The notes under the pieces: generated by a model
What the model was told of the DNA's origin: nothing
Database searches by the model: none
Seen by the model: the letters and a program-made list of their open reading frames with translations, nothing else
Made by a program: the position numbers and the translations under genes
From: Amphiscolops sp. MND2022
Taxonomy: Eukaryota
Length of the DNA stretch: 64,000 bases
Direction of reading: 5' to 3'
NCBI GenBank assembly: GCA_964187785.1
Contig: OZ076409.1
Location: forward strand, 50,160,001 to 50,224,000
In this document: positions 1-12,418 of the stretch, piece by piece
Numbering within the stretch: position 1 is the first letter of the stretch
How the letters are laid out: each line of letters starts with the position of its first letter

Positions 1-1889
1 GGGAACAGGCCTGGAAAATGTTTTTTGAGCCGATTATTAGCAAGAATTAGCAATATAACCCGATTGACGTGGGTATACGGCAACTACAGGGGTGCTGGAG
101 GTGTGATGTCAGAGGTGCTCACACACTGTCGTCAGCTGATTGGGGCCCTCAGCACTCGTCCTCCCGGTCCCCATACATTGCTAATTTACTGAAACGGAGC
201 TACAAAACCCTTTATAACCAGTTCCGGATAGGCCGGATTAGCATTTTCAACAGGTATTATCAAAATACAAGGGATACGCTGTCTGAAATCGTCGATTTTC
301 GGTTTCAGACCTCGGAAATACGCAGGACACGCAAAACAAACACTAGTACAGGGCCCACAGGGCTAGAATAAGGCAATAAAAACAATCTAGGACTCTCCAA
401 CAAGTTTTCCTAGATCCAGACCTAGCAGGGCCGGATAGCAGGACAAACTCCAATTATGGCGAAAAGATGGAAAAATGTCCCTTGTGGGGCGCCATAAAAA
501 CTACTCTAGATGTAACGTCAAGCAAGTAACGCACATACCAGAACTGGGACAGTACTTAGGTTGCCTAGACAGGAGACCATAGTCCTATAACAAGCCTAAA
601 TACTAGTTTTTCATCCCTAAAGGTCTCCTAGGGACTTTTCCAAAACACCGTGGAGACTCCTCTTGTTAGAGCTCCGTGGCGACGTGCCGGCACACTCAAA
701 GTCTGGACACGTCCCACAAGCGTGTAAAAACGTTCCTGAAGGCTTCCCGCGGTTCTACATACTTCCGAGGTCCGAAAACAGGGTTCTAGCTGAAATGCAT
801 TTTATTTCAGAAAATAACGTCTAAATACTCCATTACAAGGATCTGACAGATCCAACATCATCAAAATCTGTAAATCAATACTAATGACATTAGAATCAAT
901 CAAGATTGGTATTACTGGCATGCTTCTATCGAATTCGCGATTCTCTTCATCTTCTTTGCTGTGGGATATCGGAATCTCAGAACGTTTTTGTATTAAAAAC
1001 GCACTTTTCTGGGGAGATGACACAAATCCGAGCATTTTTCTTGTTCCTCCACATCGTGTCAGTGTCTTTTCTTCTTTTTTGGGTCGGGGATGGGTTCGTC
1101 TGTCTTCTTTTTTGCTTCCTTTTTGGTTTCAACGACCTGCCAGGTCGGCCATTTTGACTCGCACACTTTCTGGTTCTTGATCGAATTTTTCATCGAAAAT
1201 TTGGTGCTGACTGGTGGACGTTACATAACTGTGGGACGTTTATTCCAACCACCTACAAACTTCTCCAAACCTAATCTATTCATTTCACACATACATTTAT
1301 AACCAAGATTGGGTATTTCAGTTTCTTACTGTTATTTTTCATGCAATCTATATTAATATTTTTGTAAACCAGAAATGTTGCGCTAAATGTAGATGAAATT
1401 AAAAATCGAAGCCGTATTTTGAGTTAGCTGAATACCTCAAAGGAAACGCGTTCGAGTAGGCTATTACTCATTTCGACAATTCGACTTTTCGACGCACAGT
1501 CCGCCTTGTTAATCCACCAATCAAATATCAGCTTTCCTCTAGTTGCGTGGAACACATGTTTCTTACATTGCACTACTTTATTGAAAGCTAAACAATTAGT
1601 TCATTGTCATTCAAATGTTCTGATAACATTGTTCCCAATATTCTGACTGTCATGCAAATTTTACTACAATTAGGTTGCCCCAAGAAAAGGGGATACAATC
1701 TGATAAGCCTTATGCTGATCAACACTTGCGTTTAAAGAAATTTGCCATACCTTGAAAATACTTTTCGTTATTAAGATCCTCCGTTGAGTGTATTTGGTTT
1801 CGTTGAATTTTTTAGCTCTGTAATACAGTATTAATCAAGCAATCACTTCTTTAAATGCCTTCTATTAAAGAGCAGAAAGCCAGAGAGAC

Positions 1890-2530
1890 GTGCTCTAGGC
1901 AATCGGACGTCATGTACGGAGCTCACTCAAGGAATGAATTAGATAGCAACCAGAAAGATAGAAAAATGAAAATTTGACCTAGAGTCAAACGGTCCATCAC
2001 AAGATATAAACCCTCTTTCTGAAGACAGATAGTAGAGAAAATACTGGAATAACAATTGAGAATGCATCAATAACAAAAGCTCAAATCAACAGCCTAGTTG
2101 AAAGGAAACTAGATGGAATCAAAATTACCATGAATTCGCAAACTTTAGAGGCAATAGACGCAGCAATCACTGAAAAATACATCCTTTTATTCAGAATGCC
2201 ACTAGAAAGTCAGGAAAACAGATGCGGCAAAGTAAGGACCGAATGTCCGGCTACAAAGGAACACCGAAGCTAGAGATAGTAAGAAAATTGGGATAATTTG
2301 TCCAAATCGAAGACTCCCAGTGATATTGCTTACAACATGGTGAGCCAAATCGAAGTTTGTTCGCCACAAGAAAAAGTTGGACTGCAGAGAGAACAAGCGG
2401 TCATACTACAAACCAATTAACATCGCAGTCGCTGACGAAACTAACGAAAAACTGATAATATAGCTGGTGAAACTCGGCAGGTGTACTCAAAACATGTATT
2501 GAGACACTTGTAATCAAAAATTCAACTTCA
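1890..2530 (+). pseudogene. Decayed LTR-encoded/gag N-terminal ORF remnant, related to ORF 52900-53316
   Basis: Broken frames read DVMYGAHSRNELD...QINSLVERKLDGIKITMNSQTLEAIDAAITEK, resembling DVMLG...RLSQEMDSRMSMMHSQINRAINNAIAE; many stops, boundaries approximate. Confidence 0.35.
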
Positions 2531-2626
2531 CCATGTCACTCACTTTGTTTTCACACGTAAGTTTCTCTAATTTACATTTACGTAATCACCGTTAGTCAAA
2601 TTTCACGCTGAAAATTACGCTAATTA

Positions 2627-3152
2627 CACCTTTTCTAATTTAGATGAACAAAATTTCAAGTTAGATGAATTCACCAATAAGATGTAAGCGTTCCATTCAC
2701 ATGTGCTCGCTGATCGGTGTCAATTTAAATGAATAAATTTCATTTTAGATGAAGATGCGAGTGGCGATAAAACTAAATACGCAACAAAATTTCATTTTAA
2801 TTGGATGAAATTCCATTTCAGATGAATTAATCACCAATTTCCAATAACTTCTTCTTTCGATGAGACTGAGAATTTGGTGCGTTTACCGTAAGCAACTGCT
2901 GCTTGATTCTCGGCCATTCATTTTATTCAAGTAAAATGTAATTTTATTCAATCAAAGTGACAATTTGGAATGACTCTGTTTTAATTGGCTGCCGAGTTTT
3001 GTTAGCTTTCTGGTTTATTCAACTAAAATTAGCTTTCATTCATCTGAATTGGAATTGTGATAGCATTGATTTATATTGATTGTCATTGGCGGAATTTAGA
3101 AGCACGACATTCAACTAATGTGAAATTTTGTTCATCTAAATTAGAAACGGTG
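2627..3152. mobile_element. MITE with ~32-bp TIRs and TA target duplication
   Basis: TA|CACCTTTTCTAATTTAGATGAACAAAATTTCA ... TGAAATTTTGTTCATCTAAATTAGAAACGGTG|TA; internal AGATGAA/TTCATC subrepeats; no coding capacity. Confidence 0.85.
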
Positions 3153-4978
3153 TATAACAATTATCCCGTGACTTAAGTTGATTTGACTGAACGTGTAGTA
3201 ACGTCTCAGCTGCATTCGAAAACAGAACTGCTTCCTATTTCATGCGGAATTTCGTGATTCCGAGCGGATGCCAGAGTTGGATAGCGTCTTTTAGGCAGCT
3301 CAATAAACTTCATTTGAAACAGTGAGAGTTCGCTCCTTAGGCGTTTTCGTGTGAGAGACATTTACATGCATTTTGAAGTTGATTTCAACTTTCATCGCGA
3401 TTCTCTAAATCTATTACGCAATCTTTCTTGAGAAAGATGTTCCCTAATATGTTCGACTTTTATCAAGCAGCTTGAAAGACGATCCTAAGCTTCAGTTTTG
3501 CAAGTTTCATTAAGCAGCAGTTCTTTTTTTGCAAGCAATCACGACGTTATCACTTTTACCGCTATTTCAGAATGAATTACATTATTACCAAAGTAAACTG
3601 CAAACTAGGGTCATCTTCAATCTTCAACGTGCAATTAGAAAAAACGGTCATAATGTCAATGGAGTAGTGCAGAGAGCAAAACGGAAATGAACGTATTTGT
3701 GTCGGTATCGAAATGGGAAAGCTTTCGCATTTAATTTGAAAGTTGGAAAAAGCAGTGCAATTCTACCCCAATTTTTTCCAGCCCAAGAATGCAGATTTTT
3801 TGAGGTATTAGGCAACATTGGAATGTACGCAGGCCAATAACATGTTCAAAAATTGAGCAGTTTCATCCAAGGGACAAATAAAATCTTAAGTAGTGTTGAC
3901 TGACAAAACCAAATGTTCTTCATAGCGCTTTAGACAACAGGATTACTCCACAACTATAAAACTTTCCGAAAACACAGCTGATGTTGAAATGTGAAAATTT
4001 CGTCCAAAAATTTCCAATTACGTTTGCGATCAGAGTCTTGTGAAAACTTAAACAATAGGTTGAACCAATCGCAGAGAATGGAGACTTCAGTGTAAGCCCT
4101 TGTTGAACATGTTTAAATTTTAAAACAATTTTGTAGAGCTCATCCGGAAATTATCATGTCAAAATACATTCGTTTGGATTTCCATACTTAACACGCTTCT
4201 TGAAAGATTCATCAACGTTTTGGCGACAGTTTCAAGCTGTGAAGTTCTGCATGTTATGCATCCAACAATGCTAATTTTGGATGCAGCTAATTTTGCCGCC
4301 CCTTTATTGCAGAGCAATTTCTGTCACGTTTATAAATAAATGCACACTAGAGTCATCTGCTGCGTTTTATTGGAAGGGCTTTGATCACATAAGAAGAATA
4401 TTTGAGAAAAAACCGCGTGATCGTGTCGGTATTGTATTGGGAAATATTTTCAATTTTAATTGCAGTAGTGGACAAGGCAATGTTATTCGTTATTCTACAA
4501 CGTTTACCGCCAGAATCTTTCTGAATTTGATGTTTTCTTGAAAATTACCCTGCCTACATGGCTGCTACATGTGAGACGTTCCTGCAGTCTCAACTAGGGA
4601 AAAGACTGTCATTCCAAATCAAGAAGGAACCGTTGGCGCAATTCTCTATCGAAAGTAGTGTTTTACTCGGAAATGGATTTTATTGAGACCCCAATTTTTC
4701 TCTCACTTCATTTTATCAAACGTTTACCTAGTGATCATTGTGAAGTCCTGGTAACGAAGGTCTTTATCACACCCACTTTAAAACCAAAGAATTTGTCACT
4801 GCAATTCAATTTTTATCTATTTTTTTTTCAACCAATAGAGATAGGTCCCAAGTAAATGCAAACATTTTTGTACGATCGATCACCAAAGCATTAGATTATA
4901 TCAGTTACCGATTATATCAGAATCTCGATTGCCTTTCAAAGGTCAGCATGCGGTTATTTTTTCGGCTTTCACAGAGCT

Positions 4979-5085
4979 TCAATTCGTTCCACAGAATTTC
5001 AATCCGCCATATTTCGCATTCTCTGGCCATTCATTCAGTCGTTTGGCTACCCCTTTGTTGAATGCTTGAGTTCCGACGAGAATAG
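4979..5085 (-). CDS. CAP/SCP-domain gene, last exon
   Basis: Acceptor ttcag|, phase 1 joins YDT to P-ILVGTQAFNKGVAKRLNEWPENAKYGGLKFCGTN*. Confidence 0.65.
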
Positions 5086-5382
5086 CTGAAACAATAACAA
5101 ATTAGAAAATTGTATCACTGGGATGTTTGTTTGAGTTTTGAAATTAACCCAATATTTAACCAAAGATTCACCAACCTTTTCTATGTAAAAACAATTTACC
5201 ACTCGTTTATCTTCATTTTGAATGAAGGGAGCTTCGGTTAGCATCTCAGTTTTTTATGATCTGGATTCTAGACAGAACTAGCCAGAAATTTTTTGACTTG
5301 GTAATAATCTGTAATCTTGATTATCAAGTTCCCGATAAGTAATCAATGTCTTCCAAACAAAATTTACATGATGATCACTAAC

Positions 5383-5669
5383 GAGTGTCGTAATAACAGT
5401 TGACAATGATCTTGGGCCAGGGAATGACATATTCATAGACTTCATCTGTTTTCTCAAAACAACTGGCGTAGCTGCAACCAATTTGACGGCCTTTCTGCCA
5501 CATCATCTGAATGAAGTGGACGTATTTGGGAAAGTCGTCACGAGGCAGGCAATCACGAAGAACCGCTCCCTCTGTTGGTGCGTTCAGGAATAACCAGCGA
5601 GTTATAAATGAAGAATTTTGAAATTCTTTCCGTGCTCTATTTTGAGAATTGTTTTCAGCACTTAAATAC
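5383..5669 (-). CDS. CAP/SCP-domain gene, exon 3 (5' boundary uncertain)
   Basis: HFIQMMWQKGRQIGCSYASC...IIVNCYYDT matches CAP motifs HFTQMVW..vGC and vCnY; donor C|gttagt; acceptor ttttttag| at 5670. Confidence 0.8.
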
Positions 5670-5858
5670 CTAAAAAATAATTTTGAACACTTCGGAACTG
5701 CAGAAAACTATCCAAACCTAACAGCAAGTAATATCACTTGCTAATAAAAGTTATTATCTATGCTGATCTTCGAACCTATTTAAAAAAAACCTTCTCAAAA
5801 ATTACTCGTGAAAACATCGTGTTTCGAAATAATTTCAGATGACTGAAAATTTCAAAAC

Positions 5859-6078
5859 AAATTTTTAATCTTCCGAAGTTCATTGGTAATCCCTGTCAGT
5901 GGATAGGTGTAATATCGGATCTCTCTGTACCATTCGTCAACTGCATTTTCGGCGTGATAGCCTATGTCCCTTTCCTCATCGTAAAATGCGAAGATTCTTG
6001 TCATGTGGTAGAGGTTCTCGCCAACCCAGTGCTTTTGGTTGAATTCATATCGGTGTTTGTCTTGGCAGTCGTTCTCTC
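5859..6078 (-). CDS. CAP/SCP-domain gene, exon 2 (3' boundary uncertain)
   Basis: Acceptor tttgtctcag| in phase 1 matches the exon 1 donor; VGENLY...AVDEWYREIRYYTY is a CAP signature. Confidence 0.85.
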
Positions 6079-6957
6079 CTGAGACAAAAATCATATAGTT
6101 TACCTTCAGTTAGGTTTCGTTGAGTAGTTACCATACATGCATGCATTGAACATTGTTGTTCAAATTCTCTGAATTTTTTTTCTCAATTTCAAGACTTTAT
6201 GGATGCCATCTGTTGTTTACTGGTGTCATTCTGACTTTTGTTTTCACCTTAGTTGTTACTTGAACCTGCTTTGTCTAACCGCAAATTTTCTAACCATTGT
6301 ACTTCAGTCAACATGTTCATCATTTCTATTCCCATCAAAAAAGTTTGAAGTCCAAATCAAGTACGGCAGCTTTTGCGCTGGCATATTCTTGAAACTTTTT
6401 GAAATTCTCTTTAGATTGATAGCCCATCAAATTGGGCGTCCAAAGATGTATCGTGTCCTAAAAATGGCAACATTTGTTTAACATCTGAATTTTTTTTCAA
6501 AAAAACAATGGCGAATTTTGATAAATTGTCCAGGAACTCGAAAAACACCGAGCCAAAGATGCAGGATGTTTCTCAGTTTGAAGCAAGTTCTTTAGAGATA
6601 CCGTCAATTTTTGACGCCTGAATTTCATGCTTAACAACATATTTTTCTTTATGTAACTAGCGGAGAGAATTAAATTGTTTGACATTAATCCGAAAACAGC
6701 AATGCATACCATATGTTTTGATTGATCTTAGCAATATCAACCAAAATATCTAAGAAAAAAGCCAAACTCGAACACTTATGCAATACCAGAGGTGAGTTTC
6801 TAATTGAATCTATGCGCTGGCTCCTGAATTTGTTGTTGAGAAACAAAAAAAACTTTTTCAAAATAAGGAACAAGTAATGAAACAAGACGCCGGCTCAGCG
6901 TCTCCTGCACTCCTGAAATACATTAGCAGCAGAATCCTTGCACTTGTTCATAATTAT

Positions 6958-7357
6958 TGTTACGACTTACGGTCGGGTCGTTGTTTTGGATTGAGTTGAT
7001 TCTGACAGATTTTGTAGGAGTGTAGAAACTCTTGGTTTCATTTTCCGTTTCTTCTTCGATGTTTTCTCGCACACTTTCTCCTGTTTTAGGTTTTAGCAGT
7101 TTCAACATTTCTTTCTGGGATTCTATGAGGAGGCTCTTAATTTCCGAAGTTATTTCCTCTTTCAAAGAAACTCTCAAATTCTCTAAGAAACTATTTTCAA
7201 TCCTGGGAGTTTTTGGTCTTGACGGTCCCGCAATGCTTACGTCCTGATCCGAGAAACAAGAATTTTCTACTACTATTGGTGAAACTGGATCTTCACTTAC
7301 ACTTTCGATGCTCTCCTGTTGTTTGTTCTTCCTCTTTTGGCTTCTTGTAGTTGACAT
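6958..7357 (-). CDS. LTR-encoded ORF, probable Gag N-terminus (MSTTRSQKRK..., coiled-coil-like), truncated at LTR end
   Basis: Open 133 codons to the LTR end (...VSRN); the remaining ORF codons come from flanking DNA. Confidence 0.5.
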
Positions 7358-7986
7358 AATGAATGAAGAGATTCAATTTGAATTTCCAATTTCGATTTGT
7401 ATTTTTCAACAAAGTTGAGAATTAAACGGAGAATTGAGAAATCGTAACACAACTGATTTTTACAGATGAGAGAAGACTGAGTCCTTCGAGAACCGAAGTT
7501 CTCCACATTTATACCCTCCTAGCATCATTTGATCACGTATAAATCCCTAATTCTCTTCAAACAATTAGTCATTTCCTCTATTTTTGATGAAAAATCATTT
7601 AGATCCCAAATTTGCGTCAACATTGCGTCAAACTTTGAGACACGACAATTTCAATCTAGTATTAGTCATCAACCATAATCAAATCATTTCATTCCGGCGT
7701 CCTTTTGTTTCCTCCCAAGCAGGAAGTAGATAGTACTTCAGTCTGTCAAACCGGAAATTCTTTCCTGTTTTACTGCTTTGGTTCGTAGGAAAATCGACGC
7801 GTAGATGACGCTGACGTGAACAACTAGCGCTTGAACTTGAATTTTGACTTGAAGAAAAGTATGACTGATTCTGTTCTGCTTGAAATCTTCGGAGATGCTA
7901 GGAAAATAGAGGGACTGGTTAACTGATGAGAGCACTTAATTTAAGGATGGATTAATATGCGTAATCTTTACATCTGATTTAACACA
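6958..7986 (-). mobile_element. Probable solo LTR (~1.03 kb) with an ORF running off its 3' end
   Basis: TGTTACG...ACACA termini; flanks ATTAT/ATTAA (4 of 5 match); same organisation as the 9676-11333 LTR. Confidence 0.6.
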
Positions 7987-9209
7987 ATTAATATAATTAT
8001 AGCTCAACGTGTCAGCGACGTCAGACTAGATTAACAAAACTGAAACACTAAACAGTAACATCAACTCACAGTGATAAAATAGTCGATTAAAACTCGCAAT
8101 GCATAGTTGGAACGGCATTAAAACATGAACATAGCAATGAGATACAAGTGCAGTTTTTGGAAAAATATAGCTCCATTATCAAAATATTGTTTTCTTTGAT
8201 TTACAACGTTTGATTTGGCAAGTACGTTGAGCCAGCGTCATTTCGTACACAATAATATCAAAGGTTTACAGTGAGCAGTTTAAGTATCCGTATTAAGCAC
8301 CTTGGAATAAACTGTGACTTTTTCGTCTCAAAGATTGTGGAAAAGTTTCGACTATATTAAGTCTTAACGCAAATACCTAAATTGGCAATATTTTATTTGA
8401 CGACAGGTAGACGATTCCTAAAAACCCTTTTAATCTTATTCTAGTTAATTATGCGTGTCTTAAGCGCCTTCCTGGTACTAAGGTTATTGAAGCTGCATTT
8501 CTTTCATTATATAGAATGGACTGAAACGGTTATTTTGATGGATTTGCGTCGTAGCGTTGACAAGTTTTCTCAACTAGTTTAGTAGACTTACTTAATTGAT
8601 TCGATTTCATAAACTTGTCAAAGTCATGTTGACGAATTTTCTAGGCAGAAGTAGGATTTTCACTAGTTTGACGCAATACTGACGAATATTTAAAAACAAT
8701 TCCTGGCTAGTTGTCAAGTCCATGACGTCATACCGGCGGAAAATTGGATAGATTTCTAATATGGCCGTTAGTACAGGCGGATAATCGGAATGATTTTCTG
8801 GTGTGCATGGACCGAGCAGTGACATCACTTGATATACTTCCAAAACTTGTCTGCGTCCTAGTGACGACAAATGTACATGTATGTGTATTCTCACTGCCGC
8901 TTTGTTTACTTAGCGCAATATCGTCGTTCTAAAACACACTAATTGTTGCTCAAAAAGCAATTAAGCTGCCTGTTCTTAGAAGAGGAGTAATCTTCTCAGT
9001 GTCATCTCAGTGCCATCTCAATTTTTGGGACTTTGAAATACTGATCAAAAATTTATAGAATTCTAATCAGGTGAACAGCTTCGAGAGATTCTAGGGATTT
9101 CAGGTGAGTTGTTTTTTTGTTATCATCCAGTGATTTTGCCCCACTATTTAGAAACAGAACAAATATTTTACTGCTCAGTTGGAAAAACACTGATGCAACT
9201 TTGGGATTA

Positions 9210-9516
9210 GGTACCAAATAACATAAGAGCAAATATCATAAAAATGAACATATTTCATTTTATTTTTCATTTAAACGCAGTCCCGTTTAACATAAAAATG
9301 AAATTAGTTTCATATAACATAGAAGTAAAACCGAAAACGCGGTTTAACAATTGAACTCACGAAATTTAATTCTTTAATTTCTTTCTTTTTCAGTGGGTTT
9401 TTTCAAATTGTGAATGCTTTTGACCATTGAAACTTTCTCGTAAGCAATTCAATTTTCATGTTGAATGAAACGCATTTCATTTTTATGTAATTTACTCTTA
9501 TGTTATTTCGGAATCC
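9210..9516. mobile_element. Small MITE-like element with imperfect inverted termini
   Basis: AAATAACATAAGAGCAAATATCATAAAAATGAA (9216) is inverted as TTCATTTTTATGTAATTTACTCTTATGTTATTT (to 9508). Confidence 0.6.
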
Positions 9517-9675
9517 ACGCAACTTTGGCACAACTGTTGACAAGGAAATAGACAATCTCAAGAATGGTAAAATTGCTTTCGTCAATAACTTGAACACTAC
9601 AGCTAGTTGTGTAAACAAGTAACTACGTCTAAAACCGACGTGATCGCATATTCAAGACAACATTCCACCACCGGG

Positions 9676-10006
9676 TGTTCGACGACCGTACCGTGAACGA
9701 AGATGTTGCGGCATTGGTATCCGTTTGTCTATTTCTCTCCTCGTTTTGTTCTAGCAACTTTTCCATCATAGCTTTCAGCATAGACATTTCTGATTGTAAG
9801 TGGCTAAACCTTTCGTCATTTGCTCTCTGAGAATCTATCTCAGGATACGATGAACTTTGTCCCGACTGGGCTTGTTCATTTGTATTTTCATTGTCATTTT
9901 CCATGTTAACGATTCCTTCACCGTAAGTAAGATTCGTTGAATCTACTGAATTAGTGCAAGTTAGTGTTTTCCCGTTTCTCAATGTTATTTGGGAATTAAA
10001 ACTCAA
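9676..10006 (-). CDS. LTR-encoded ORF of element 1, probable Gag N-terminus
   Basis: ITLRNGKT...RFSHLQSEMSMLKAMMEKLLEQNEE...VRSSN, open to the LTR end. Confidence 0.55.
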
Positions 10007-11333
10007 ATGATGAAGAAGAGATGACTATTGCGGATAAGAGTTGAATTGTTGTAAAAGCTGGAGTAAGATACGTATAAAGGATGAGTAATACAAGTACTTG
10101 TACAATGTGGCGTTAGTTATCTTGTGTGTCTCCAAGGTAGCCTTCCACCAGTTCGATGGTAAGACTCAATTCTTACCATCGTTTCGTTCTTATTGGTTAG
10201 TTAGCAAGGTGCTAATTAGCACTTGGTCACTAGACCGGTTGTACCGCATGTCGCTGGAGGGCTACCCAACTGAAATTGCGCGCTAAATCTATTTGAATCA
10301 AATACTATGAATATCTAATGCATTCGAATTAGTTAACTTGTAGTAAGCACAATCTGAGTCACGGCAAGTGTCGAAATCACATCAAAATGGGGTACAATCT
10401 AACGGGGGGTCAAATAAATCAATTTTAAAGAAGTGTGATGTAAAAACGATGAATCAATAGCACTAAGTTAACTGGAGATACGGGATTCAGTAGTTTTGTC
10501 GTTTTGGCATCGTTTTCACTAGTTGATTCTGTTTATGTGGCTGTGGATGCAGGAATGATGAATGAGCTTCGCTCTAGTGTTAAAGCGATCAACTAGATGT
10601 GAAAACGATGAAATGAGTTGTGGGGAGAGCACTGTATATAGTTCTGGAGTACTTACATCGCTTTATCATCGTTATAGGTGAATTTTGATTATAGATGAGA
10701 AAACGATGAAAGATTTCCATCGTTTTTCCATCGTTCTCGATTTCAGCACTATTCTCAGGTTTTAGAAGCGTGAGTGATGCACAAATGATGAAACATATGG
10801 CAACAAGTATTCAATCAAGTAGTTTTCTCTCGTTTTCTGGCGTTCTGGTCACGGTTAAACGATGTAATATGGATGAAACTTGTTAGATTGAGTTGAATTA
10901 TTAGTTCTAGCACCAATAACATCGTTATTTCATCGTTTCGTGTATTTCAAAGAGAGGAGGCTTGTCGCGCTAGTTTCCTCTGAGGCGGGAGTTCCCTAGC
11001 GAGTGTCAATCTCGTCTATTCGTTATGGCGGCCCAGTTTGACCGAGTAACTACTTTCTTTTCTCGTGACAAGCCATTAAATGTAGAATAGCATCATTTGC
11101 TTATTAGCACGATCATGAATTGTGGACAAACGGAACTAGAATGCTCAGTATTAAATAAATAAATAGCTCAAATCTCACTGGGGAAATAGTGGGTTAGGTA
11201 CAAGTAACGTAGGGTTGCTCATAACCATAGGTCTTATTACATGACATCATATTGCCCATATCTAAGTACATAAGACATATTATTTACATTACAGATTTGT
11301 AGTAGATTATATTTCCATCATGCTGGCATGACA
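9676..11333 (-). repeat. 3' LTR of element 1 (1658 bp)
   Basis: Minus strand TGTCATG...CGAACA, abuts the TSD; its first 500 bp repeat at 23482-23981. Confidence 0.85.
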
Positions 11334-11349
11334 CTCCCGGGGGGAGGGA

Positions 11350-12170
11350 TTTGGAAGGGGAGCGCAGGGGCCAAATGTGCAGAGGATGGTTGTCGCAGCG
11401 TAGGCTTTGACATGTTCCTTCGTTGGTCTCAGGGGAATTGCCTTCGTTGGTTCTCAATTCTTTGGTGCCTTCGTTGGTTTTGTCTCATTTGTATCTTCTC
11501 TGGGAAGGAGACATCTTTCATCGGGTTAATATCGGCTGTGAACTTGGTTATATCGGTTAAATTGTGGACGCGTCAGTTCTAGTTCTTGGCCCGTCGAATG
11601 TCCGCGGATCGGCTTGTATGGCTGTCAGAAGTGATTGTAGAGTCTCGTTTGATATCTGGTTTGAATGGCAAATGGTCAGGTCTTGTAAGTGGGTTGACTG
11701 GAGAGTGCATTGAGCATTTGACTGAGAAGCGGATGAACGTGCGGTTGGAATTTCAGAACAAGCGTGAATGAATGTGACGTAATCATATGCGCGGGAGTGT
11801 TGTAGGTAGGCCAACTGTGTGCGAGGAGGAAATGTTCAGTTGTTTTAATAGTCATTGAGTAAATAAAGTAGCCACAATTTCGAGTGCGTCTTTCCGCTGT
11901 GTGTGTAAATCATTCAAATTGCTAACGACGCTGGCAGCTGCATCTAACACTTTGATAAGATTTGCACGGAAATTTTAAGTAAATTTGTCGTTTTGCAAAC
12001 AGTAATTTCCTCTGCTAGTTGGCGGAAAAAAGCAATAATGTTGAATCTGTATTGAAGATTTTTGGCAGATTTTCCATCTTTTGATCTCGGAATTGTTAGA
12101 TGTAGTCGAAACGTTGTTGTTTCTTTTAGTATATGAGCTATTAATCGGGTCCATATCACGGGTGATCAGT
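11350..12170 (-). pseudogene. Decayed extra sense ORF between cargo gene and 3' LTR
   Basis: Frame MDPINSSYTKR...ANLIKVLDAASVVSNLNDLHTQRKDALEIVATLF...QMRQNQRRHQRIENQRRQ with several stops; same position as 54225-54953. Confidence 0.35.
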
Positions 12171-12418
12171 CCATTCCATGTTGTCGATTATTTTGATTGT
12201 CATATCTTCAAACTAATTCCACCGTTATTGTCTGTCTTCATTCGTGTCATGTTTTTTCAGATTGCAATCGTTTTGTCGTTGTCTCATCGTCACGATGTCG
12301 GATAATCGAGAGTTACTTGAGATGAATGTATTGAGTTAGTCATCGAACTTTCATCGTTATTCTATGTTTTGGGGACGTGTATTTTGATGTTACGTTTCAT
12401 TTAGCTGCTGAAGAGGGA

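Noticed and set aside
6958..7449. 492-bp LTR bounded by TGTTACGA...TCGTAACA
   Set aside because: Flanks ATTAT and CAACT do not form a TSD; an end at 7986 fits better.
10900..10915. TGGTGCTAGAAC (minus strand) as a PBS, implying tandem elements sharing a short LTR
   Set aside because: No CA end precedes it, and the CCGGG TSD places the true LTR end at 9676, so it is internal LTR sequence.
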